Source: Marsupella aquatica
Taxonomy: Eukaryota > Plantae > Marchantiophyta
Assembly: GCA_973895155.1 (NCBI GenBank)
Contig: OZ316896.1
Coordinates: 12,814,549 to 12,878,548 of the forward strand
Length of the DNA: 64,000 nucleotides
Direction: 5' to 3'
Shown: positions 23,801 to 37,375 of the stretch, piece by piece
Position numbering within the stretch: the first letter of the stretch is position 1
How the letters are laid out: each line of letters opens with the position of its first letter
Made by a program: the position numbers and the translations under genes
Notes under the pieces: model-generated
The model's database searches: none
Told to the model about the DNA's origin: nothing
The model's input: the letters and a program-made list of their open reading frames with translations, nothing else

Positions 23801-26800
23801 ATGTTATCTGCCAGGCTGGGCTGATGCACATCGAGCAACAAAACCATGACTTGAAGGATGTTTGTGACTGGCTTCAACACCTTGGTAAAAGACAGTCACA
23901 GACTAATGTGCATATGCCAATGTAAAAATTCTTTAAAGCTCATATCATAGAACAAGTTTCTATTTTAAATTGAATTGTAAGAGGTGAGCAACAAGGTCTT
24001 CACCTAGAAAACTTCAGGAACTTCCCGTAGTGTTTTTCTATCATGTGAAAAATTAAAACCTTGGTCACAAACCTTCCCAATTGAAGTACTAGGACCATGT
24101 GACATGTAAAACCTTACCCAAGAGCCAAATGTGTTGTTGAGTGATGCATGCGTATTGTGACCTGTTGAGCCTCCGACCCATTATCCTCCGAACAATGTTC
24201 ATAACAGAGCAGAGAATGTGTTTGATGAGCTTTGCTGCAAATTAAGGCAGGCTCAATTTCCAACATATGCAGGAACCGTGTCCATATGTCATCCTGCGAA
24301 GCTTGGTGGCCCTCCTACAACTCAGCCACACGAAGGCACTCCTGGTGGTGTTGTGGGACAACAGGGAGACTGGAGGTTGCCTACATCTCCAGCAGCAGCT
24401 CTCCTCATGGCTCAAGAAGATCTAAGGCAACGGCTGGCACAACTTTATGATGAGAAGGTTTGAAACTTGTCACGTGTAACCTTCAATCCTCGTAAATCCA
24501 CTTAAGCTGCCCACTAGTATGCAGCAGCAACTTAATTACGAAGCCATTCAATTATTCAAAGCTTGTAATCCCACCTGTAATGCGACGTCACTACTAGTTA
24601 TATGTTGGTAGGGTTTAAGTTGTGAGAGAGAAGAAAAGACCATCCAGATAGGCAAAATTGAGTGGTTCAGTTTGAGTTGAGTAATACACAACAGCCTCCC
24701 TGAATGTGTCCAGTGTTACTGTTTTTGAAGAATCTGATGGAGACTCGAAAAGATCAATTGGATGCTGCAAAAAGGCTTGTTGGAAAAACTCTTGGACCTG
24801 GTGGGATTGAGGAGGTACTTAAGGGCTACACAGTTTTCTCTTGCAATTGATTTTGTGAGTTTTCTCTTGCAATTGATTTTGTGAGTCCCGGAAGGATTCC
24901 AGAGCCAAAATATGACTCCTACATATTTAATCTGGGAGAATCTGATTATCGTAACATGTAACCAATTTGACGTTGGACATAATAATTATATCTGAAATTT
25001 CTTTTGGCAGAACTAAACATGTTCTCCGGAGTCAACTAGATAGACAGAGAGATAGTTCTTTCAAAATGCTCATACAGTAATTGCTGACATCTGTGTGATT
25101 TCTACTGTTTCTGACTTCAGATGCTAAGAATCTCTGGATATCTTCGTGGATTACAAGATCTGGTTTGTGCTTGAAAACCTCATGAACCATTACACTCTAG
25201 CTTGCTCAGCTGGCCAAGCTGATCACTTAAGTCAGAAAGCCATACATTGTCATGAATATTGTGACCCGTTCAGTAATGCAGTGCTTATTGTGACCCGTTG
25301 AGATGAAAAGATGAAAATATATAAGCATCTTACTGAATAAGCATGCATTATGACTGACCCGTTAAGATGAAAAGATACACGGTGACTATAGCTGCAAATT
25401 CCAAGTTTTACAATAAGCAAATATTAGTAACATCTGAGTCTTTAAACCTCATTAGTTATTAGTCACTAATATCCTCTATCAGTTGTTGTACCCAATTCTT
25501 GTTCAATCTCGGAGGCCTCTCTGAGATTGAATAAAAGGCATGCGCAATGTCAGCTGCTTTGCCAACATTGGAAAAAAATATGGCACAATTGTACGGATTT
25601 TGTACAGAAGCTCAAAATCCTCTGCCGATAATCACACATCAAAATGTGAAAATATATGGTGTGAACTCGCTGATTTAAAGAAAATAACAATATTTATCAT
25701 GGCATGGAGTGATGTCATACACCATATACGTCATATTTTGATCTGCACTTGCCAAAATCCACTGGGAATGGTATGAAATTTCTGTACAGCCAGTCTTTCA
25801 GACTCGGTTAGGAATGTTGGAGAGGTCTACAAGCTTGGGAAACCTTGACTCCTCTTAGAGATCCTCTCTGAAATCCGACCCACTATCAAGACAAAGAAAA
25901 ATGCTTCATCTCATAGAGCCTCCCTATGACAGGACGGACAGTATATTGACTGAGTGAAGGAAGAGCCGTCTTTTTCTGGAATGATGATGGGCTCTCCAAG
26001 ATTAATAATTACAAGTCACTGATACTAGTTACATTTCAAAGATAACTACAGTAATGATATTGTCACACAAACATAACCTCATGACCCTGCTTCCCCAAAA
26101 GTTCCAAGGAACACTATTTTGCTTATTATGAGAGCCTGTAGAGGATTCTAGTTTAATTATTTTCAGCATAAGTTGTACATAGACTTGCATGGTCCTGAGT
26201 TCATGTTGTTGTGTTACTTGCAAATATGTTTCCTCAGAAAAACATGCACCGCTTCGAAAGGTTCAAACTAGGTGTTCCTGAGCCAATAGGTCATACTACT
26301 CAAATGCCATCCTTCAGATTTCCACAACAAAACATAACTATTTCTCACTCTTTTCTGTTCTTTGGCAGGAGGAAGGATATGAAATATTAGGTGGAAGGAT
26401 TGCTGACAATCTTGACGACGCAGACAAACTTGTTAGTACAAACTTTTCATAACTAAGACCTGACTTTATGACATTAGTAGCTAGTTTGGTTTAGTGTGTT
26501 TCTTGTCTCCATAGTGAAAAGTTGTCGCGCTCAATAAAGGGTTGAGTTTTGTGTGTATGGTTCATGCCACGGTGCATGTAAAATATTATAATCACTACAA
26601 AGATACTAATTTATGGAAGCAGCTAAACAAATGCTACTTAAATAGAAAAATAATGAAAAATAAGTTAAAGTTGCAGTTGCTACAAACTCTAGATATGTAT
26701 ACACTTTCAGAGCATTCATAATTATCAACAAGTCTTCAAAATTCATTGCTTCAGGGATACTGTCTAACTCTACTTAGGTTGTCTTTGTGATCTCATGTAG

Positions 26801-29800
26801 GATAAGCGTTACAGAAAACTGAATGAAAAAGGCAAGCAATTTGACTCAATCCAAATTGGTTGCATTGGCATTCTTGTTCTATCCGGTTTAGTATGCCTAA
26901 TACGTTGACCCAAATATAGATCTTGCAAGTTGATTACCTATCTAGCCATGATGCATGTTCAAGTCCAATACCACAAGCTTTCAGTACTAATGCACTAAAA
27001 GATGGTCCAGAGGGTATAAGGCTGCAAAAGAGCTTAGTCCTGCTTTTAGTACAGGAGAGTAAAAACAGGAGAGTAAAACTGATCAAACAAAAAATATTCT
27101 AACTAGTAAAGCAGTTTGCACCTGGAGCCTAGAGTGAAACCTCTAGGCCGTGACTCTGGGGTGAGGAAGCATGGGAAGGGAGGGGGACTACTGAGGAGTG
27201 ACTCTGTGGAGAGGTTCATTCAAACATTATGAACACGGTGAAAGATCATGGTTAGTCAGGCTATAGATCTTTAGAAGAGAGAAATAATCTAATGGTAAGA
27301 GTAACTGAAAAGCCACAAGAAAATCCTGATGAAAACTTGTTCCATTTCTTCACTGGGAAGTCTTAATAAGAGAATCTGCAGAACGACATTATCAATAACA
27401 GTTCTCTGAGTTCATCCTGATTTTTCCTTCTGTGGTAAAGCAATATATACATAATGCATTCACAGTTTGGATATTTAAGTGACTCAAGCCTCTTGAGCTG
27501 CATATGTGCAGCAAGAGAGCAGGAAGAAGAGAAATCTCAAAAAGGGAAGAAAGGGGGTAAAGGCAAGAAAGTTGCAACTTCTGGGAAATCAAAAAAAGAC
27601 CAAAGTGGTGATGAAGCTGACGTAGATGAGGATGTTCAAAGCAAGGGACGGGGGAGAAAATCTAGAAAACGTAGAAAGAAGACAGGAAAATATGAAAATT
27701 TGGAGGATGATGTGCTTGTTGGTGCAAGTGAAAGTGATGAAACTGAAGGTGGAAGTAGAAAGGGGAAAGTATCAACCCCAGCGAAGACAGCATCAAGCCA
27801 CGGTAGTGACACTGAAGAGGACGAACGCAAGGTTGGTACTTCTAAGCAAGCAGAGGCTGATAGAGACAGTGGAGGCAAGGACAGAAAACGGGCCAAAGTT
27901 AAAGAAACAACAGGTGAGGATGCTGAAGGTGACGAGAGAGCTGAATCAAATCAGGCCGGCACAGGAGAGCCTGGAGTGAGTGGAACCACCAAAGTTGTTA
28001 AAAGCAAAGGAAACCGTTCCACAGTTGAACAGAAGGCTCTACCCTCAACTCAACCAGCTGATCCAACACATGGACAGTTGCCTTCAAGTGATGGCCATAG
28101 TGGTGATAGTAATATGGCAGTCGCAAATGTTGCTGGACCAAGCGGGGGTTCACTTGATGGTGCAGATGTCAAAGCAGCAGTGAGTGGGGATTTGAATTCA
28201 CAAGATCCTACAAGGCTTAATAGACAAGATGCAAGAACAGAAGCTAAAGGGAGTCAAACTCTTGTAACTCGACAGAAAGACTTTGATCATGATACCCAAG
28301 AGGACTTTGAGATTGTCACTGATGTTAATATTCGTAAACATGCAATTGTCTCACAAGATGAAGCCATCCAAACTGACGATGCAATCCTTTTCTCATTGGT
28401 GTGTTCTCCTTTACTTTGTTCAGTCCTGCTTCCAATTTGAAACCTTGTGTGAAGCAAAAATATAATGACTTTAGAATGAAGTGGTAGACTTTCAAATTGG
28501 CGTAACTACCCTGGGGGAATAAAAACCATTACAACCACACGTGACACAAAACACTCATCTTACACCATTTTGAATATATAGCATAGCCTGAAGTAAAATA
28601 AGGGGTTTCCAGCACAAAGTACAGAACATTCTTACTTTACACCTTTTATAAATACAATAAGCGGGACAATAAGTTATGAAAAACTTAATGGGAATAGTGC
28701 TAGGATATTTTAGTTAGGTCAAGATTGCAGGTGGTATCGAACAACTATACACTAACTTAGTCCTCAGTGCATACCTGTATGTCAATTTTTTGGGCAAGTA
28801 ACTACATGTTGACATTGAGTTTGTGCAACTGTCAATTATTAGCTTATGTTGATAAGCCCATTTAATTGCTCAAACTTTATTTTTGTGTGAATGTGAACCC
28901 TCAAGATGCTCACCCAAAGTATAGAGTCTTTCAAAAATCTTATTCTTATTGTGATGATATTGGTAACAGATGGAAAGTATGATGCAAGAGATGCCCAACG
29001 ATGAGCACTCATCTGGTATGGAAGACGAAGCAAGTGAATTGAAAAGGTTACGAAGAGATGTGGTAATTATCATTCTTTACAGTAAACTCATGTTACTGAG
29101 TCTAGTTCTCTAATCTTGACTTCACTCAAATACATACTTAGGATCATGATGGTTTTAACTTTCTATTGAAACACATATATCTGTCAATTTTTTTTACTAG
29201 TCAAAATATTATGGTATTCCCCATAATTAGATTTATGCAAGAATTAGTGTAACTAACAATAATTTTGGTATGTGAATTGATTCTGAGTCCAAGTAACACT
29301 TTTTTCAGAATATTTTTTCCACTTTGCTTAAATTGCTAGTAAAAATGGGCAACCTTGAGACCAAAGTTCACTAAGTCCTTGTGAACTTTTCAAAATAGAT
29401 TTTTTCCCTCCATTTTTCCAAGTCTCTAACTTGAAACCACTGTAACACTAATTCATCCATGCAAAAACTATGTCATGACAAAATTAGTATGACAACACTA
29501 ATTCACAAGCAAAACATGAAAATTGGTATCTTGAAGTAGTGTGAGTAACACTCATTAAGATGAACCGTGTAGTCAATTTTGAAAAAACAAATCCAACAAT
29601 GTTATTCAAGGGTTGATTACCAGATTGTAAGTGGACCCCCAAGTGCATGGCATGAAAAAGACATAAATCTCCTTCCTTTACATGTACCCTGCTATGCTGT
29701 GCAGAGATCAAGTTTTCTTAAATATTTTGATCTCCGGTGCTATGGTATCACTTAAATAAATAGGCCCTAAAAGGATCATGTGTGGATACTGTAGATAAAA

Positions 29801-30726
29801 ATGCCTTGTCTTGTGGCCAGGGCTGAAAAATGCCACATTTTGGGTTTTTACTTCATTAGTACTTACACATTAGCACCTCAATGACCTCAGTCAAAAACAC
29901 CCAAGCATGACATTTTAGAACTAAGATATTTGTGACACAGTTGAATTAGTCAGAGTATATTGTACTTTTTTATTAAATGTGTCGTTTGATCATGCTTGTC
30001 TTCTCACAATGCGAACTATTTAGCGTTGACCTTTTGGGACCAGAGAGACATAAGTGGTAAGTCGTAATATGTGTTGAACTACTTTTAGACTCAGGAGGAC
30101 TGTTTTATTGTGAGATAACTGATTAAAAAATCATAAGTTTCTCCCTAGAAACTAACCATTTGTGAACCACCTCTTGCAATCTGCAGAAAAAGGCAAATAT
30201 GCAACTCAGGTTTTGGAGATCTAGGAACTGGGTGGAGAGACACTCTCGCCTCTCTCCAGCTGGAAAAAGTGTACATCCAATTGTAGATTCACCTAGTGAA
30301 GCTGGATTTTCCTTTTACTTTAACGCTGTGAAAGCTCCCACTGCTGTGACACATCCACTTTCATATCCACCAACAACCACCCATACAAGTGGTTCTACTA
30401 GTAGAGGAGATCATGCAATAACCCCCATAAGAACAAGAGAGCCTCATGTGGAGACTCTCCGACCCCCTCAAGTTCTGAATGCCAAATTAATGTTAAGTGC
30501 ACCTCCTCCTCCTGCGCATACAAGGCCACCTCGGACATCAAGAAGAACTTCATCTGAACTCCAATCACTTTCAGCAGGAAGTGGCTTGGTGATATTTGGA
30601 AGATCCTCAACCCTCATCCCAGCTCATCCTGATTCCCATACTGCTGTTGCCAATCTACCGACTCATGAAAAGAGGGCAAGCAGGTTGTCCCCACGATTGT
30701 CTGGAGTGCAGTATCAGAAAGCATAG
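20857..30726 (+). pseudogene. Large multi-exon gene of unknown function; 5' half decayed, 3' exons intact
   Basis: Phase-consistent exons: ...-21547, 21638-21946, 22054-22851, 23233-23656, 23735-23884, 24213-24457, 24731-24814, 25121-25162, 26369-26431, 26801-26831, 27512-28398, 28970-29062, 30187-30726. From 23735 onward all are open. Upstream exons, except 22054-22851, have in-frame stops, and there is a 26-bp duplication frameshift near 21845-21886. Confidence 0.7.
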
Positions 30727-32078
30727 TGTTGTAAAAGTAAACATGGCATCCACAGTTAGGGTAATTCCTCAACTGAGCCATTGATAGAATTATTTTAGAC
30801 CATCATTTGAATTGTAATTAACATGTAGCAATTACCCTAGGACGGCCCCATAATTAATTATATGCTATTGTGCTTTCAGAGTTTACTATCTGACAGTATA
30901 CTTACTTAATCTGGATTCTTTACCATTAACCACAAATTTTTCAAAGAACACATATTCCCGCACATATTAAGTGAGCAATTTTGCCAGTCACTCTACTCCC
31001 AATTTGTTAGCAACATTTGGGTAAGACACTAAGTAGGTTCAAACAAGTGGGTTGAGAGCAAAAGAGAACTGAAGTGAAAGCCCATCATTCCAGGCCAGGT
31101 ACTTCAAGTTATTTTGCCACGCGTCAATTGCCAGGTCAAGAAAAAGGCTACACCAACAGACAAAATTACAAGTCTAGTACACAAATGTAATTCCTGTTAC
31201 TTAGGAAGAAAGGTCATCCATGTGTAACCTTTTCTACTAGCTCCTACCATTTCCATAACCCTGTCCCTGGAAAGTCTTACCTTGTAATTTTTTTTCCGGA
31301 CAGGTATATATTACGTGTGACAAAGATCTGTTTGGGCTGGGGTTCTAGTCTGAAACCTGCTCCCATAAAGCTCGGAAAAATTTCCCGACTGCCGACGGTC
31401 AGCATTTCCTCACTTTCTAGTCACAGAGTTACAGGCTAGTAACCCCAGACCAAACCATCATTACCCTATATGTATTGGAAGGCAACACATTAAGTTGTGC
31501 TAGGAGTAACTGAGCTATATGTGGTAATGTATGGCACTTGCCAAGTAATCAGTTTGACTTATCAGCTCTACCCAAGGAACTTAAAATAATCTGCCCTGAT
31601 GTATTTGCTGTCAATTTCAACTTTGTGACTGTCAAATCTCATTGCGCCATGTAGTCAACAACCTGGATGCATTGGCCGGTCTTTAGGAGTTTGCTGCTTC
31701 GACTGTAGTCTCTAAATGTCTTGTTTAGTTGCCTCCTCTTGAGGCCCAGTTTCTTTCTGGGTGCCGGCCTTTCCATTTTTAGCTCTTTTGACCTTTGGTC
31801 CTCTGGGGTGGTACGAGAGGCACCAGGCCAAGTCCTTGAAGAGGGAAAGCCCAAAGCCTTAGGCAGAGAGGAATATCTCTAAAGTGGCTCTTAATAAACG
31901 GCAAACCTGAGTCAAAGAAGAATTGAAATATAACTTGTCTAACCTGGTGGTCTAATCATGCCCAAGAAACACTAGAGTCAATCAAAAACTATAGCAAGCA
32001 CCCCCCTTGTTTTACTCAAGCCTCCCTCCCTCTACCAGCACCATTTTGCCTCGTAGGTGATTTAAAAGAGAGAAGATT

Positions 32079-32628
32079 TTTTTAATATATTTTTTAAATG
32101 CGGAAAAACTTTATTCAAAGGAAAAGACCAATACAACAGAGACCCGTTGGGGGAGGAGACAGGAGGGGAAGAACGAACCAAAGAAACTAAGGTGGCTAAA
32201 GCAGGAGCACACCAAGAGCGAGGAGAGACCCAGGAACCACCCCACCAAATGCCTAAAGGAAGGAGGCGTGCACCGACAAGGGGATGGGGGGGAGGGAGAG
32301 GGGGGGGGCAATCAGAAACCGTCATGAGAGCCAAACAACTCATGGGAAGGAGATAAACCATCAGCACCAAACAAGCCTGTACCCAGCCAGATCCATATCG
32401 AGGAACCGTCCCATTCTTTTCCGCTGGCTGCCAAAAACCACGGGTGCCTGAGCATGATCGCCTCACCACCAAATGCCGTCCCGATCCATAGGAGCCAAGT
32501 CCCCAAGAAGGTCAATCCCGGACCTATGAACCAAGATGAATATGTTGGGTCCAACACGTCCAGAATACGAAGTGAAAGAAAACATCCAGATAACTCTGCC
32601 AAATATCCCAACAAAAAAAACCCAATAA
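32079..32628 (-). mobile_element. 5'-truncated LINE (L1-like) with 15-bp target-site duplication
   Basis: TSD aaaagagagaagatt at 32064-32078 and 32629-32643. Minus-strand AATAAA and A-rich tail at the left end. Trp-rich ORF2-terminus-like reading frame (TWLLWIG). Confidence 0.7.
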
Positions 32629-32661
32629 AAAAGAGAGAAGATTCTTTTGATGAGAAGGAAA

Positions 32662-33002
32662 TGTTAGATATTGCTCTAGTCTTGTGACTCGTGAGCTAAC
32701 TATAGTTAGGCTAACTCGGGTTAGGACTTAGCTAATGTTAGTGGTAGTGTTGCTGTGCATATAGCCAGGGCTGATGCCAGACCCTGGTGGAACTTAGGCT
32801 CATTGTTACGGAGCTAGTTGAGAGATAGGAAGAGTTTGTGCTGTGGATGCTTGGTATGGTCGGTCGGCCTAGAGTGCAGTAAAGCTCTTGTGTGTTCCCG
32901 TGGATGTAGTCTCATGTGAAGGTGAACCACGTATCTCGTGTCGACTCTTGTGCGTTGGATGGTTCATGGGCTTGCCGTTGCGAACGTTGTCTATGCTCAA
33001 CA
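32662..33002 (+). mobile_element. Copia-type solo LTR
   Basis: TGTT...AACA termini, flanked by ggaaa/agaaa (5-bp TSD with one mismatch). Contains the typical Copia LTR motif cccgtggatgtag...gtgaaccacgta. Confidence 0.7.
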
Positions 33003-33119
33003 AGAAAATGATATTCTCCAAGAAAAGGAAAAAAGTTTATAAATGAGCTGAGCCCACACATGGAAAAAGTGCCAAGTACACATTTGTCCATTGCATTTCT
33101 TTAATTTGTGTTTTTAAAG

Positions 33120-33393
33120 ATGTTTGTAGTTAGGACAACGTGTTTCTTTAAAAAAAAGAATAGATGTTGTTTTCTAAAATGTTAATCTTAAATGACATCT
33201 TAAACGTGTTTTGTAAAGATGTCATTTAACAAATGAAGGTTTTCCACACATTTATCTTACATGACATCTGTTATGACAACATCTTTTCCGCAACAATTTT
33301 TGCAGAACAACATTCTCTATATAAGGACATCTTCCATGCAACATTCTTTATACAACAACATTTTATGTGTGGGGCACGGGTATCGAGCTACAG
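33120..33393 (+). mobile_element. Degenerate Helitron-like element related to the one at 9054-9400, opposite orientation
   Basis: End ttttatgtgtggggcacgggtatcgagctac resembles the reverse complement of 9054-9085. Both carry aacatt/acatct degenerate repeats. The CTAG terminus is degenerate. Confidence 0.4.
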
Positions 33394-35525
33394 TAGTTGA
33401 CTGATGAAAAGAGGAACGATAGTCTGACCTTTGTTCATGGGGTTAGCATTTGACTTTAAAAACAAATTATAACCTTTGTGAAGATTGAACATTGCCTATT
33501 ATATTTCTTAACATTTTCTTGAGACCAACCTAGTCAGAGAATCAAAGGGGTAGCCAGGATGGACCTAGGGGCTTTATCCTGCCCATCCCCATGGACTCCG
33601 TAAAGTCACAAGTCAGTTTAGATTGGAAAAAAGGGGCTGGTTGCTTTTGGAGGGACAATCTGAGTAGTTTTTCTAGGCCCTGACCAACTGTTTTGGGTTT
33701 TGGCAGACTTGTGCATTTATTTGGGCAACCTTTGGATCTTTGTTTATTAATCTCAATTTTTTTTTAGCTTATTCTCTTATATCCCATTTATTGCCTGAAA
33801 AATTTTGAGAGTTTTCTGAGGATCATTTTCTCCATTGCTAATGAGTGCAGAATTGGTCAAATTTTGTAAACCAAGTGCCAACAGATACTTCACTTTTGTA
33901 AAAAACTTCCTGAGTGGTCTGGGGACTAGCATAGGATTACCATTTTTGGGTAGGATGCCCTGAGTAGTTGGGGCATGAGCAGCAAATTACCACTGAGTAA
34001 ACTTGTTGCAATTGACTACATACAATCACAATCCAGTTTAGATGTTGCATTTCGATCAAAACTGTTAAACCCTAAATCTACTGGCTCTTCTGTGCCCCCT
34101 GCCCCTTGCATATGATGCTGGCCTTATTGCCGTCTAGAGCCCTCACTCTGGGCAGGAGTTATAAAAAACAAGATTAGAATGAGACAGACACTATCATGAA
34201 GCGTAGAAGAAATGGGGGTTGAGGCTCCGGGTCAGAATTTTTTATGATTAAAAATTTGCGAGGCAACAGGTAGTCTTCTTGTTTTCTTTTATGGAGGTTT
34301 TCTTGTGTACACGAGGGTCCGCAATCTTGATTACTATCTTACCTGTGACGAAGCCCATGTGCCCTGACCACTTTATGATTTGGCAAAGGCATGCAAAGCA
34401 TCTTTGGAGGTCATAACAAACATTGGGCAAAACATTTCAAAATCACCCTAACTAGTATGTGGGTCCAACTTAATTATTTGGGGTAAATTATATAGCCAAA
34501 GTATATTCAGAGGAGTGTTGTAAATTTGTATTAAATTTATGTGCATTAAATTTAATTTAATTTATAATAATGACATCAAAAGCTCATCTACAATAACAAG
34601 AGTATGCCACAAGAAAAATGATGGCTTGGAGTGAGCCATTAGTTGTAACTATCTGTAATACTATATATATTGGGCAACTTAGTTTGAACATTCAATTTTT
34701 TAATATATACTAGTATAAGAAAATTCTCATCATTATCCTAATATCATGGCAAACAGAAACAAAGACAACAACCATAAGTGTATAATCATCACAAGTGTTT
34801 TGGAGAGAGATATAGACCAACCTTCATGGGAGTATAAATACTCATTTCCTTGCATAATGTAGATTCCGTAATAAATTGTACTTTATGATGTTATTTGTCA
34901 TTTATTAAATGTAGCTTTCTTCAATATGTAGAGATTAATAACTCTAATAAACTGAAAAAAATAAGTTGGATAGAAGATTATTGATGTTGTAATCAATGTT
35001 TGGGCACTTGTGCAGATTGATTGGAGGTTTGAATCTTTTGGTGTGCCTTGGGAGGATTATAGTGAGATTTACAACTTACTTCACACTAGGTGTGAGGAGA
35101 GTTTACATGAGACATTCAAGCTTGGAAGCTAACATCAAGTGATAGAGTATTTTTTGTAGGGCTCTCATCGTGTGACCAGATAGGTTTGTATGATTGCATG
35201 TTTTGTTTGATGATTACAATTTGTATGGATTTTATTAGTTGTGAAGTGGCCCAATGTCCTTTCAATTCAATTCTTGAGCCCACTCTTGACCCTTTCTTGA
35301 GATGAACATTTTCTTCTTGGTTGCTAAAGAAGCTTCGGAGAGTTTACAAATAATTTGACAATCAATAGCAAACTCAACTTTATTACAACACTTGAAATAC
35401 AGGTTTGATTTCTTTCTCTTCTCTCTATGTGGTTAAAAGTTGTGATTGCTAATATTTTTGTGTGATAAAACAATATATAAATATTTACGCAGTTCCAAGA
35501 TTTCACCTGAGCTAGAGCCCAGAGA

Positions 35526-35590
35526 GGCATGGCTGACTGGTAGCTCATCTGAGTGAAGACTGATAGGTCTTGGGTTCAAGTGTTGCGACT
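35526..35590 (+). mobile_element. Possible decayed tRNA-derived SINE head
   Basis: tggctgactggtagctc (A-box-like) followed by aggtcttgggttcaagt (B-box-like). Confidence 0.3.
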
Positions 35591-35964
35591 GACTATTCCC
35601 ACTCTGTGGGGTTTCATAGATTTCTCCTTAAAAAATATTTTTAAAAAATTAAAAAATTCACCTCTAGTATATTGATTTGTGATAATTATTTGTGATTAAA
35701 AGACAGTTGAAAGTTATAATTTTCAACATTCTAATATTCAGATCTAAACTTAGTGTACTGTTTGACCAGAAAATTGGAGCTTCATATTTGACTTGTAATG
35801 TTTTCCCCCAAATCTTAACAAATAAACAAAACTCTATCTAAGGAGCTTTGCTACAAAGAAAAGTATAAGAAAACTTAAGCTTGAGAGTTATTCTCTTTTG
35901 TTCCTTTTTCAATAGATTTTTTTTATACTACTCTTAACATAACAAGCCATTACCTTAAAAATCC

Positions 35965-36547
35965 AGAAGATTACAAGTTAAGGCATCATGGTGCACTCAT
36001 TGACAAGGGTACTTTTTGACCCCAATTGTAATTTTAAAATTAATAAGGTTACAAGTTAGGGCATTTTGGTGCACACATCCGCAAGGGTCGGTGTACTGTT
36101 TGACCCCAATTGTAACTTTGAAATTGATAAGGTTACAAGTTAAGGCATTCTGGTGCACCCATCCACAAGGGTCGGTGTACTGTTTGACCCCAATTGTAAT
36201 TCTAAAATTGATAAGGTTACAAGTTAAGGCATTCTGGTGTACACATCTGCAAGGGTCAGTGTACTATTTGACCCCAATTGTAACTTTGAAATTGATAAGG
36301 TTACAAGTTAAGGCATTCTAGTGCACACATCCGCAAGGGTCGGTAAACTGTTTCACCCCAATTGTAATTCTAAAATTGATAAGGTTACAAGTTAAGGCAT
36401 TCTAGTGCACACATCCGCAAGGGTCAGTGACCCCAATTGTAACTTTAAAATTGATAAGGTTGCAAACTAAAATTCTTTAGTGAACACATCCTTGAGGGCT
36501 GGTGTAATGTTTGACCCCAATTGTAACTTAAAATCATTTGATAAGGT
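35965..36547. repeat. 84-bp tandem repeat (~7 units) with 168-bp dimeric structure
   Basis: ttgaccccaattgtaa motif at 36016, 36100, 36184, 36268, 36352, ~36427 and 36511; units alternate taatt(t/c)taaa and taacttt(g/a)aa. Confidence 0.95.
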
Positions 36548-36639
36548 ACATGAAACGTTTCAAAATTCCCAACACCAAATTAACATCATCTAAACATATT
36601 TTTTCATCATCATTTTTTCAAAATGAAAAATGCACAAAC

Positions 36640-37375
36640 ATGACCTAAGTTATGAACGTGGCTTTGACTTACTCAACTTAGGTAAAGTTGGCTTAGGGTA
36701 AGGTTGGCATAACATAAAGTGGAGGTATCCCCTTACTAGCTCTTCTTCTCTCAGCAAAATTTCAACTCATTTCATTAAATAAAGTGAAGTCAGTTTGTAT
36801 CTTAAATGTTTTAGCTCACTATTGGAAAATTTGTTTGAGCTCAAATGTCTAGCCAGAGATTTCCCCTAGTTTTCTCTATGTCTTTGAACATTTTCAGCCC
36901 ATTTAATTGAGTAACTTAAAATGATAAATCTCACCTATTGGATTGTTTTGGCCCTAACTTAAACTTAGTCGGCTTAGGAAAGTTGGCTTAGGGTAACATT
37001 GGGCTAATTTCTAGTATAGATACAGTTCTATTTTGAACTCACAAATTTAACCTCAGTTTGAGCTCAAACTTTAAGTACATATTCTCCTAGCTTCCTTCTA
37101 TCTCTCAACAATTTTTTTGCACACTTGGTTAGGTAAGGAGAAAATGGAAAATCACTAAGCTTCAGATAGATTTTGGTTTCTTGACTTTGATTTACTTAGT
37201 AGGCTTAGCCAAAGTAGGCGTAAAGTAACTAGGATGGGTTTAAGACAAACTTGGAATATCAATTCATTTTTTAACTCACAAATTGGAGAGCTCAAACTTT
37301 AGCTTCCCCCATAGATCTCCTAGCTTTCCTCTATCTTGTAGAGAATTTTCAGCCCATTTGGTTGAGTACCAGAAA
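36640..37375. repeat. Old diverged tandem repeat, ~225-bp period
   Basis: gagctcaaa at ~36837, 37060 and 37288; cctag-tt--ct-t-t-t and ttttcagcccattt--ttgagta blocks and ggcttag motifs recur with similar spacing. Confidence 0.55.

Noticed and set aside
35965-36547. CRISPR-like array or 28-aa repeat protein (ORF 36016-36321)
   Set aside because: Units are contiguous with no unique spacers, there are no cas genes and the context is eukaryotic. The ORF has no ATG and arises because 84 is a multiple of 3.
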